Virus record (IMG/VR): IMGVR_UViG_3300010334_000030 | Span: 77,055-141,054 of that record | DNA from: a virus | Reading direction: 5' to 3' (one strand) | Length of the DNA: 64,000 bases | In this document: piece after piece, positions 1 to 10,200 of the stretch | Position numbering within the stretch: the first letter of the stretch is position 1 | Layout of the letters: each line of letters opens with the position of its first letter | Notes under the pieces: model-generated | Databases searched by the model: none | What the model was told of the DNA's origin: nothing | The model's input: only the letters and a program-made list of their open reading frames with translations | Made by a program: the position numbers and the translations under genes

Positions 1-266
1 AAAGATGCCTGTCCCGCAGAATCGACAGAGGCGGTCACAGTTCCTGATGCTGGGATTGATAAAGAGCTAAATGCCCCTATTTTAGCTGAAACCTTTCCTG
101 TTGAGGCGTTGGTTAGATCGAGTATTCCATTAACGCTATCTACTCCGAAAACAGATACGTATCCATTGATCCAATTTTGCAAAATTAAAAAATTAGAATT
201 AATGGTTATCCTTGATCCGGAGATGGAATCTGATCCTAAAATTTCTGTGGTGTTTACTGTTGCCAT
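1..266 (-). CDS. Partial CDS (runs off the window): fibre/baseplate protein with gp9/gp10-like N-terminal attachment motif
   Basis: Manual translation from ATG at 266: MATVNTTEILGSDSISGSRITINSNFLILQNWING..., open to position 1. The DS..SR..IN.NF motif resembles gp9/gp10-type fibre N-termini. GATATATA motif 30 nt upstream. Not in the ORF track. Confidence 0.7.
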   Translation of the reverse strand, partial: MATVNTTEILGSDSISGSRITINSNFLILQNWINGYVSVFGVDSVNGILDLTNASTGKVSAKIGAFSSLSIPASGTVTASVDSAGQAS

Positions 267-295
267 TTTTTTGTTTTATTTCTTTTTAATCCGAA

Positions 296-303
296 TATAT
301 ATC
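296..303 (-). promoter_or_regulatory. Putative late promoter GATATATA
   Basis: Exact 8-mer that recurs upstream of more than 10 minus-strand genes; resembles the T4 gp55 promoter TATAAATA. Confidence 0.6.
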
Positions 304-472
304 AATATCTCAGACAACTCCTAAATATGATAATACAAAGAGATAAGATCTCAGACAATGAGATCACTGACTTTAATTTAACTGCAAACCTTTGGAATTA
401 TTCCAATAAAAAGGATATATTTTTTATTCCTCTTATAAAAAGAGAGATCCGTCAACAAATCTAAAAAAAATA

Positions 473-1135
473 ATGTCACCTATGCAAAACCAGCCAAAAA
501 AGCCAAAAAATTCAATAAGGTTTAATATCACCTTAAATGAGGAACAAAAAGCGGCTAAGGAGAAGATATTGCAATCAAAAGTATCCTTTCTAAAGGGTCA
601 AGCAGGTAGCGGTAAATCACTACTAGCAGCTCAGATAGCTTTGGATCTACTCTTTAAAAAAGATGTTAAAAAAATAATACTTACCAGGCCTGCAGTTACC
701 GCTGGTGAGGAAATTGGATTTCTGCCAGGCGACAAAGACGCTAAATTAGCTCCATACACAGCTGCTATCTATGACAACATGTACATGCTGTACAATAAAG
801 AAAAAATAGATAAAGAGATCTCAGAAGGAAATATAGAGGTTATACCTATTGGCTTTATGAGGGGTAGAAATTTCTCTGATTGTTGTGTAGTTATAGACGA
901 ATCTCAAAATATCACTCAAAATCAATTAGAGCTAATTATAACCAGGCTTTGTGTAGGTGCTAAAATGGTTTTTGTTGGTGATAACTCACAAATAGATCTA
1001 AAAGACAAAAGGCTAAGCGGATTCGACTGGTTATCAAAAAAACTAAGTTTTGTTGAAGGTGTTTCTGTTATATCTCTTAAAACAAATCACAGAGATCCAA
1101 TAGTAGAAGAAATTCTTAAAGTTTTAAACGACTAA
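473..1135 (+). CDS. phoH: PhoH-family ATPase
   Basis: Walker A GQAGSGKS, TRPAV..GE..GFLPG, FMRGRNF, DESQN, GD..Q.D. Confidence 0.95.
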   Translation: MSPMQNQPKKPKNSIRFNITLNEEQKAAKEKILQSKVSFLKGQAGSGKSLLAAQIALDLLFKKDVKKIILTRPAVTAGEEIGFLPGDKDAKLAPYTAAIYDNMYMLYNKEKIDKEISEGNIEVIPIGFMRGRNFSDCCVVIDESQNITQNQLELIITRLCVGAKMVFVGDNSQIDLKDKRLSGFDWLSKKLSFVEGVSVISLKTNHRDPIVEEILKVLND

Positions 1136-4100
1136 GCAGGTTCAGAATCGAACGTAGCATCAGGATTATCGGGAATAACAACTTCAACACCAAATTGAAT
1201 TCTGTTATTCTCGAGAATCTCTTTTTCTTGAACCATAAGATCATCCTCTAATTTTCTCACATCATAATCTCTACTAACGAAGGAAGGTTCAGGGTATCCA
1301 TAATCAGTTGAATCAACAAAATTAGGATTATTGTCATCAGGTCTTTTGTTTTTATGATCAATAACTTGGATAAATCCAGGTAGTGATGCTTCGTAAACAT
1401 TCCCAAAAGAATCCTCAACCTGATTGTATATTTGGTAATATCCACTCTTAGTAAATGTGTATATAAAGTAAGGAGTAGATTTAACATTAAGTATTTCTTC
1501 ACCTGTGAGCGAATCTGAAAGAATCCAAACATTATTCTTCTTACCATATATGTCAGAAGAATAGTTGTTAAAAACAACAGTAGACATAAGAGGAATTTCT
1601 AGATGATTATTGGACGAGTGCACGTCGCACCAGGTCCACGCTCCCGAGCCCGGGCGGGATATAATGTTTCCAAGGTTTATCCCAAGTTCAGGTTTATATT
1701 GTTCAGATTTAAGTGTAAAGTATGCTGGATAAATTGGGGAGATGAAACCAGTTCCTGCTCCAGTTGTCCCATATGAACTAGATGTCATATAAATATCAGA
1801 ACTCTTAGATGTTGAAAAAATCAAGTCTATAGATCTAGTTCCAAAATTGTTTGAATCTAATATATTTCCTTTAGTGTCCGTTTTAACTATATTTGTTACA
1901 TACTTAGTTTTGGTGGAATTGAAATTAGAATAACTCATAAAATATTGACCATTAGAAAGAATTCTCGCATCTTTTAAAAATGGTGCACCGTTATAGCTCT
2001 CACCAAGATCGAATGAAAATATTCTTCTCACTGAAGCTTGTTCTGTTATTTGTGCAGTTATTGCTCTTTTTATAGGATTGCCCCCAGTTCCAACAGACCA
2101 ACTATTAACATTAGCTCCAAAATAAGATGCAGTCGGACCAAAAGCAGTTGTTATATAATAGGAAGTTCCAGTTTTAGTGGAATAGATCTCTGCAGTAGCT
2201 CCCGCGGTTAGACCATTTTCTATAAATCCACCAGTTACACCAAACCCCTCTGAGCTAACAAGAATATAATATGGCTGTGATTCATATCCAGAAGAGCTTG
2301 TTAAATCAGTACCGCCAAAATTAAAGGCAGGTGGGACATACGGAATAATGTATGGCAAATATCCAGTTATTAAGCTACTTCCGGTATTTAACGAAGAGAT
2401 TGAAAGAGTATGATCGTTATAAAATAAGTCCTGATTGGATGCTGAATTAATACCTGATCTAATGGAAAAATCGTCTCTGTTTAGGCTTAAACAAGAAAGA
2501 AATCTCCAATCGAATGTCAGGTCTGTTAAATATTCAGGGCTTTTATAAGAATCATTATTTCTTAGCCATAGATTTTTTAGCGTTGATAGTTTATTGTAAT
2601 GGGGGATTAAAACATTAACGGTGTAATCAGTAACATCACAGGTAACACTTGAGCTATCATAGGAGCCAGACCAAATAGAGGTACTTGGAAATGATCTGAA
2701 ATTTATAACTCTATACGATTTTCTGATCGATTCATTATATCCGCCGGTGATTCCAGTAAAAGATGTTATCTCTCCTAAATCTTTTTCAACCTCCGCAACA
2801 AAAACACCGGGTGCTTGTTTACTTGATAAAACGGTATTGCTTAGTAAACTTGAAAGGGAAGGTATTAAAGGAAAAGTTTTATTGGAATATGTATAGACAT
2901 TAAAAACTAAGTCTGAAGTGGTTGGAATTGATGTTGAACCCGATCCAGACTGGAAAGAAACTTGAAAAACAAAACGAGTTTTTGTTGCAATTATTTCCTT
3001 ATATCCAGACAATATAGAATAATATCCATATAAGCTAGGGGAAGCTGCTGTTCCGATCGTCATTGCATATCTGAATGGAAGGTTATCTAAATACGAATAA
3101 GCCGACACACTGGTATACTGTGTTTCATTTAATAATATTGTTGACACACTTCCAAATGACCCAGCTGTTGCTCCGGTCGGAATCAAGAAATCACAATTCC
3201 CTGATGTTGCAGAATTGCCGGGTGAATATCTATAGGTTAATGATGAAACCGCACCATTAGTATATTTAGATCCAGTTGCTCCTGTTGCAGAATATATCCA
3301 GGGATAAGCTCCAGAGGTTGCTCCTGTTAAACCTGAATTAGTAATCCCCAAGGGAGCACCGCTAGGTCCATTAGAGTATCCAGTAACAGCGGAAGCCAAG
3401 CCGGAATAAACATACGATCCATTCTCAATTAACAGATTATAGGTTCCTGCTAAAACAATAGAATTTCCATCGGGGGAAGGTTTTATTGATGTTACTTCAG
3501 TACTACTTCCATTGAATGTTATACTTGATTTAACACATCCGCAATCATCATACGAAACTACAAATCCAGTATAAGAAACGCCAGTATCGGTAGAATTTAT
3601 ATTAAATCCATTAGTCCCGGTAATAGTTAAAGGAGTCCCATCGTTATATGATCCAAAATTAATTGATTTGTTTTGAGCTATTTTTCCTCCTATATACAGT
3701 CTGTTGGATCCATTTATCGTAAGGGTCGCTGATGAAGTTATTTTAAATTCATAATCATTCCCGATATTAGGATTAAGCTGAGTAATCCATTTTGGAGATT
3801 GTATTTTATTGATAAGTAAATCCTGATCATATGTTGGGATTGGGTAGTTATTCCAATAGGCTTGTTCTCCCGCACGACCATCTGCAATATCAGATAGCTT
3901 TGTGGTTAGAAAAAGATTTCTCGGATCTAAACCAGGATGCTTATATTCAAGCTCATCATTTTGATAAACCCTCCATTCTGGGTAAGTCCAAGTGTATTTG
4001 TTAACTTTTGGAATAGGTGAAGGTGATGCTCCTCCTGTTGGGCTATAATAAACGAAATTCCATCCTGTGGCTCCTGAATACTTAGAAGATGCATAAACGT

Positions 4101-5181
4101 GAGGAACGTCATATTCAAACGATGCAAGCGTGTTATAGCCAAGAACCCATAAAGAACCGGCTCTTACGTCAAAAGAATTTTGACCTATATTATCACCTAC
4201 GAGCTCGATACCAAGCACATTGTCGCTAGATAAGGAAGAATTAGAAGAATTAAACTGAGTGTGTGAAGTGCCGTTAAAATGCCAAATACCAGTACCCTGG
4301 CTAAGCTCGCCATCTCCCTTAGAATAAAATACGTGACCATTCTTTCTAGCTTTCACTAATGTTACTGGACCGGTCGTTCCATAGTTCCAAAAAGAGACCC
4401 CATTGAAATAAGATAAACCTATATCCGTACCTATCCAGAGATTTCCATCTTCATCAAAGTCAAGTGAATATACGGTATCAGATATTATGCCTGATGTTTT
4501 TGTGTTATAAACAGTGGCTTGTTTTATAATTTTAGTTCCATCGTTTAAAGAGATTGTAGAAAGACTTCCTTGAGGAAAAACATATAAACCCTCTTTTGTT
4601 CCAATATAATAGAGATAGCTTTTTCCATCTACACCCTTCGTTTTAATATCATAAATATGAGGCCATATATAGCCTTCAACTTCTTCATACCATCTATCAA
4701 TTTCCTTCAGATAATAAAAAAGTCTTCCGCCTGTAGAACCCTGAATCCTACTATATGTTGATGCAGCAGCGGTTAAACCAGTTCCGTTTAATGGACTGCA
4801 GAAAGCAAGGATATCATCACCAAAAGGACAAGCATATATGAGAGAGATCTCTTGTTGAACGTCAAATGTTCCTAAGTCTGAAAATTTCCAAGAATTTCCA
4901 ATTTCAGGATTGTTGGTGTCAATGTTGAAAACAGCAACCTGATTATATCCAGATTCCACCCCTTGTGCAACTCCACACCATAGCGTCTCTTCATTGTCTA
5001 TGGAAAGACATCTGGTGTCTAAATAGTAAGGGCTTCCATTTGGTTGAGGGACAGCAGAATTCTGGTATCCGTAATATTCCCAGGACATCCCATTGAATCT
5101 TCTTATATCTTGTCCAGAACCCCAAACATAGAACTCGTTATCTACGTCTATTTGATTTATGTATAAATTTGCTGTTGGCAT
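1132..5181 (-). CDS. Large virion/baseplate-associated beta-propeller protein (Reg_prop-like repeats, C-terminal PKD-like segment)
   Basis: ISDTVYSLDFDEDGNLWIGTDIGLS and LSSDNVLGIE are two-component-regulator propeller-type repeats; Ser/Thr/Gly-rich; lies in the baseplate module. Confidence 0.6.
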   Translation of the reverse strand: MPTANLYINQIDVDNEFYVWGSGQDIRRFNGMSWEYYGYQNSAVPQPNGSPYYLDTRCLSIDNEETLWCGVAQGVESGYNQVAVFNIDTNNPEIGNSWKFSDLGTFDVQQEISLIYACPFGDDILAFCSPLNGTGLTAAASTYSRIQGSTGGRLFYYLKEIDRWYEEVEGYIWPHIYDIKTKGVDGKSYLYYIGTKEGLYVFPQGSLSTISLNDGTKIIKQATVYNTKTSGIISDTVYSLDFDEDGNLWIGTDIGLSYFNGVSFWNYGTTGPVTLVKARKNGHVFYSKGDGELSQGTGIWHFNGTSHTQFNSSNSSLSSDNVLGIELVGDNIGQNSFDVRAGSLWVLGYNTLASFEYDVPHVYASSKYSGATGWNFVYYSPTGGASPSPIPKVNKYTWTYPEWRVYQNDELEYKHPGLDPRNLFLTTKLSDIADGRAGEQAYWNNYPIPTYDQDLLINKIQSPKWITQLNPNIGNDYEFKITSSATLTINGSNRLYIGGKIAQNKSINFGSYNDGTPLTITGTNGFNINSTDTGVSYTGFVVSYDDCGCVKSSITFNGSSTEVTSIKPSPDGNSIVLAGTYNLLIENGSYVYSGLASAVTGYSNGPSGAPLGITNSGLTGATSGAYPWIYSATGATGSKYTNGAVSSLTYRYSPGNSATSGNCDFLIPTGATAGSFGSVSTILLNETQYTSVSAYSYLDNLPFRYAMTIGTAASPSLYGYYSILSGYKEIIATKTRFVFQVSFQSGSGSTSIPTTSDLVFNVYTYSNKTFPLIPSLSSLLSNTVLSSKQAPGVFVAEVEKDLGEITSFTGITGGYNESIRKSYRVINFRSFPSTSIWSGSYDSSSVTCDVTDYTVNVLIPHYNKLSTLKNLWLRNNDSYKSPEYLTDLTFDWRFLSCLSLNRDDFSIRSGINSASNQDLFYNDHTLSISSLNTGSSLITGYLPYIIPYVPPAFNFGGTDLTSSSGYESQPYYILVSSEGFGVTGGFIENGLTAGATAEIYSTKTGTSYYITTAFGPTASYFGANVNSWSVGTGGNPIKRAITAQITEQASVRRIFSFDLGESYNGAPFLKDARILSNGQYFMSYSNFNSTKTKYVTNIVKTDTKGNILDSNNFGTRSIDLIFSTSKSSDIYMTSSSYGTTGAGTGFISPIYPAYFTLKSEQYKPELGINLGNIISRPGSGAWTWCDVHSSNNHLEIPLMSTVVFNNYSSDIYGKKNNVWILSDSLTGEEILNVKSTPYFIYTFTKSGYYQIYNQVEDSFGNVYEASLPGFIQVIDHKNKRPDDNNPNFVDSTDYGYPEPSFVSRDYDVRKLEDDLMVQEKEILENNRIQFGVEVVIPDNPDATFDSEPA

Positions 5182-5207
5182 TCGATTTTATATATTAAAT
5201 TAGAAAA

Positions 5208-7229
5208 TTATCCTGGGAAATACCATCCTCTTCTGGCAGAAGTTCCCCCCACTGTGTATTGATAAGGATTTGCTATAGTGCTTTGCCCTAGCCCCATCCA
5301 GTCGACGGCTGTGTATTTTGGCCCAGTTGTTCCAGGAAACCAAGAAGCAGAGTTATCAGTAATAAGAACTTTAACAAGATAAAATCCATTGGTCACACCA
5401 TATGGGTTAGGATTACCCGTTTTAGTATTAAATACATAATCCTCATAGATTGAAAATTTCACGCCTTGAACATACCAACAAGCAGGCTCCTCAGCACTAA
5501 CAGTTGAGGCATAAGCGGTTTCTCTCCATTGGTATTCCGGAGCAGCAGTGGCTCCAAAATAATATTTAAGATTAATCCCTCCGGTAACACCATAACCATT
5601 TGGAGCTGTAGTGGCAAGCTTAGAATTAATAATATCAACAAATCCACCAGTGACTCCGTGAGGAGGTACACCCATATTCGTCGGTCTGTTATTAGCATAC
5701 ATTAAATTTCCATCATAAGAATTTCCAGTAGCACCTGAAGCCCCGATGGTAATAGTAACTGCTCTTACTGTCTGGGGAGTAAAGCTACGAGAATTGTTAA
5801 AATAAAACGTAAAAGTTAAAATAATATCAGACTGAGCCCACTTTCCGGATGGTAAAACTCCGCCCATTCTGAATGGTAGTTTACTGTAGTATCCAACACT
5901 TGTATCGAGTCGCGACTCACCACCATTTAGCAAAAGAGTAGCAGCAGGGGTTAAACGAGTAGTTGTTGATTCATATCCTCTGGATGTTAGACAAGCAAAG
6001 CTTGTATCATTTATGTAATTGGTTATTGCATAATTTGACCAATATCTGTTAGTATTCGGGGTGTTATCTTCCCGATAATAGGGATCAAGCGGAATTTGAT
6101 TGTTAGTATCCGCATAATAAAACTTATACCCCAAAACACTACTATAAATATCACCAGGGTACATGTAATTTCCCACAGAATATCTAGATAGTCCTGAAAT
6201 GTTAAAAGGGGATACTGATAAATCGGTTGCATCATAACCAAAATCGCTATTGTTCCATTGGTATATAGTCAATTTGATCAAGCCAGAACCACTATAAGGC
6301 TCTAAAGTAGTTAGAATGGACCCAGAAGAAATCGTCTGTCCGGTAAGCATACCTGGGGTAAGACCAGGATAACTAAATTCGAAAAATGGACTGTAATAAT
6401 AAATAGGTTCTCCCTGAGAATGAAAGGATAGGTTTGACATACCAGATCCGCCCGGTTGAAGAAGATTTACACATATAATAGGACCATTTCCGCCCAGTCC
6501 AACGTTAGTTGTAGATACAAAATCATAAGGATCAACAACAGCTGATAAAAATCTTTGCGTCTTATGTGGCGTTGTGCTATTTGCAGCTGGATAGTCTGCT
6601 AGATTTAAAAAGTCTGTGATCCCACTTTTGTTGTACGTGACACTGGTTGATGCACTATAAAGATTTCCTGTCGGGCTCGTTACAGTAAGAATAGCTGATG
6701 CAGTATATGGCGAATAAGTCGATCCAGATTCAGAGCCTGTTAGATCTCCCCAGTCGAAAATGTTTTTTGTTACTGATATGTTCTGTTTAGATGTTCCTGT
6801 AAATCCCACAGCTCCACCAGTTCCAGGTATTAAAAACTGATAATAATAAGACCCTGTAGCAGAACTCCTGATTGTGCCAGTAGCCTGGAATTTTACATTT
6901 TGACTCATATCGACAACATTGGAAGGAGATCCTATAGGAGCACCTGCTGTTGTAAGGGTAATTATAGAGAGGTTTTCAATTTCAGATACAACGGAAACGT
7001 AAGAGGGAATAAAAATTGTATCGGTTGCTCCAATAGAATCTGTTGCTGTCAATCCTGCTCCGTATCCAGATGGGTTCTTTACAATATATCTTGTCGTAAT
7101 GTTTGGAGAACTTCCAGTTGACGGTGATCCCCCAGGCAGATTCCACGTTCTAGTAACCACAGTTCCTGGGGTAGTGTCATAGTAGTAAATGTAATCTCCT
7201 TGAACTATATAAACTTTATTGTATGCCAT
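5208..7229 (-). CDS. PKD-domain virion adhesin / fibre-like protein
   Basis: N-terminal TWNLPGGSPSTGSSPN...Y...LTATDSIG PKD-type pattern; Thr/Gly-rich; AATATATA motif upstream. Confidence 0.55.
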   Translation of the reverse strand: MAYNKVYIVQGDYIYYYDTTPGTVVTRTWNLPGGSPSTGSSPNITTRYIVKNPSGYGAGLTATDSIGATDTIFIPSYVSVVSEIENLSIITLTTAGAPIGSPSNVVDMSQNVKFQATGTIRSSATGSYYYQFLIPGTGGAVGFTGTSKQNISVTKNIFDWGDLTGSESGSTYSPYTASAILTVTSPTGNLYSASTSVTYNKSGITDFLNLADYPAANSTTPHKTQRFLSAVVDPYDFVSTTNVGLGGNGPIICVNLLQPGGSGMSNLSFHSQGEPIYYYSPFFEFSYPGLTPGMLTGQTISSGSILTTLEPYSGSGLIKLTIYQWNNSDFGYDATDLSVSPFNISGLSRYSVGNYMYPGDIYSSVLGYKFYYADTNNQIPLDPYYREDNTPNTNRYWSNYAITNYINDTSFACLTSRGYESTTTRLTPAATLLLNGGESRLDTSVGYYSKLPFRMGGVLPSGKWAQSDIILTFTFYFNNSRSFTPQTVRAVTITIGASGATGNSYDGNLMYANNRPTNMGVPPHGVTGGFVDIINSKLATTAPNGYGVTGGINLKYYFGATAAPEYQWRETAYASTVSAEEPACWYVQGVKFSIYEDYVFNTKTGNPNPYGVTNGFYLVKVLITDNSASWFPGTTGPKYTAVDWMGLGQSTIANPYQYTVGGTSARRGWYFPG

Positions 7230-7258
7230 TTTAAATCAGATTTCTTAAATTATATATT

Positions 7259-10200
7259 TTAAATTATCATACTAGTGGTACCTCCGGTAGAGCCAAAAGA
7301 GACTTTAAATAAAGGACTACCCCCAGGAACACTACTAGGAGGAAGGTACGAAGAATTTGTTATAGAAAAATTATTAACGCTCAAATTTGTAGGCGGTGTA
7401 TCCGTTGAGAGCGGTCCTGATTCAGTAGGAATTGGTCTATAATAAAAATTAGAAACGTACATGTCGGAGGACGAATTTAACTGATCTGCTAATTCTTGGA
7501 TACTTAAACCTGCAATCCCTTGCTGTATAGTTATTCCTGTAGGAAATGGATAAGATTCATTAGCTGTGCTTAATAATATATTATCACCCGGTCTTATATT
7601 ATGAAGCTCGTACCCTCCTAACCAATCATTATTAAATTCAAAATCATACCAACCGTGAGCGTATCCATTATCCCACGTGTTATCTTCAAACGTATTCCAG
7701 TTAATCCTTTTAGTTCCCCAATACTTAAGATTCTTATTGGGAAAGGTCAGTGAGTACTCTGGCCAGTAAACATATTTGGAATCAACGTTCAATCCACCTG
7801 TCATTCCAGTATCATAGGAATTTAAAATTATCGAGCCAGAAACAGATAATGATACTTTTGATCCATTCTGGTTTGCCCCCAGATCAGATGGTGCTGTAAT
7901 TTTAATTGTTGCCGGATCTGCTGTCGGATTATCGCAGGATGCAAAATAGTCAGGATAGGTTCTTAATGAATTAACGGAGGAAACTATCGAGTTTACTGTT
8001 GAGTGAAGTGTATCACCAGCCTCGGAGGATCCAATAAGTCTATCGTTTATATAAATAGACATTTTCCCTGCTGAGGTCATCTTTTGATTTGGGTACCAAG
8101 AGGCGGAAACGTCTACGGTAAGTCTAGTTGGAGAAGAAGCAGTATACACAGAGCTCCAACCAAGTTCAAGAATTATAGGAATCTCAAATGTTGTGTCCGA
8201 TGTAACAATACAATTCCATCTCCCCATTATCTGTGGAACTGAATTTTGGATAGAAACTACGTCGCCAGTAGTTAAATTATGTGTGGATGCTGTTGTTACC
8301 GTAGCAAATCCATACTGAATACCAGTTATTAGATACGAAGAAATGTCGAGTATTCCCAAAACATTCTGGGTAATAACAATATTGCTATAAGCAGATGAAG
8401 GCTGTGTTTTTATTTTTACGTAAACATCCTGTCCCTCTTCTGCCTTGTTTCCATAATTTGAAAAATTAAGGATCTCTTCAGGAATTGATTTTTTAAGAAC
8501 CTCTATAGAGGATCCTTCGGCAGGGAATTCCCAAATTGAGTTGTATTCCTCCCATGCTTTGTAAGTGTCTTTCCAGTCATACGTTTCAACTTCTCTGAAT
8601 CTTGTCCAAGCATCGACTTTAATTGTTTTTGGACTAACCTTTATTGCCCCATCTTTTATTACTGTATTTTTAAAATTAAATCCATCTATAACATTGCAGG
8701 TAACTTTGTACTCTCCTGTATAAGGAACAAAATGCGATAAACGGTAGAAGTCTGATATTGGTCCTCTGAAAATAAAATTATATGGGCTTCCGCTCTGAGT
8801 TGTTGATTTATTTACGATCCACTCTATCTCCACCATGTTGGAGAAATCAATATTCGTCCAGGTTAGCAATCCATATTTTTGTGATGTTGCATAGAGGGAA
8901 TACGAGTCAAATGTTACTGTTGGACCCCCATCCAGCTTAATGCTATAAGTTTCATCAAGATAACTAACAACCGCAACTACAGTTCCATTCTGACCGTAAT
9001 AAGAGCTATTTGGGGATTTTACATTAACTCTTGTTCCTATTGAAAATATAGGAAGTATAACGGAGGTCCAGGTAAAATTCAATTCATCCCATGTCCATCT
9101 ATCAGGGATAAGTTCTAAAACTACTGGCATTCCTATAGGATTCTGATATGGAAGACCAGTAACAGGATCAACGTAAACAGGGTAATCGTAATTGTATGCA
9201 CCATCTCCAAGATCCTTTATTTTTCCCTGCTGCTTTAAATCATAAAAATTTGAGATTGCAGAAATCATCGAGGAGTTCTGTGATGGGGAAAATCTTTGTT
9301 GCGAAGAAAGCGGATCTACAGTATTTCCAAGATCTGATATGGTGGAAGGTAAAACTGTGATCTGTCCATTTAGTAGAGATTTATTATTCGATGAAAAATA
9401 ATAAACAGGCGATGTTTGGGTAGGATTAACATACCAGGTCATTGGCGATCCCCCTGATATAGCACCATTTCCGGTAAGACCAGTCGGAGCAACAATAGAG
9501 GATAAAGTTGGATCTGTTGTTATATAAAAATCAAATCCAGTGGTACCTATAGAGAATTCATAGGATTTACCAGAGGTTACCGAGAAAGTTGGATTTGGTG
9601 TAAGATTAAGTGAATCTGAAATTCCTTTAAAGTATAAAGCACTGCCGGTGCCACCAGCAACGCTAGCTGTTATTTCATACTTATTGTAATAATTGGACGG
9701 AGCTTGTATAGAATTAGAATAAGGTCTAGTTGAAAAATTTCTAAGATCCTCTAAAAATCCAAAATCAGGATTTGCTTTTATTTGAAAATCAAACCCAGCA
9801 CTTATTTCTGATCTGTCCATAGTATCAGTCCAAACACGGGTATTATAAATGTCAAAATAAACTCCCTCTCCAGTAATATCAACTATTCTAGCATTTAGAG
9901 GGAGATAGTCTCTTTTGAGCCTCTCTTTTAATGCAAACAGTTTTATCAGAACTTCCTCCTGCGTAAATGCAAAAGCGTCAGTAACTTCAGGATACCCATA
10001 ATCTGAATCATTCCCTGTCACTTTGTTGAGATCGTAATACAATCCAAATAAAGCAGTTTTTTTATATGTTTTACTTGGAAGTAGTGTATCCTGCGAGGAA
10101 AGATTAAGAACATAGTTTCCGTCCGAATCCGGGCCATACGTTTGTGTTAACTTATACTTTCCAGTGTTCTCATTATTTATAAGATCAGATATTTTATAGT

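Noticed and set aside
109-324. 71-aa plus-strand ORF
   Set aside because: Antisense shadow of the real minus-strand gene starting at 266
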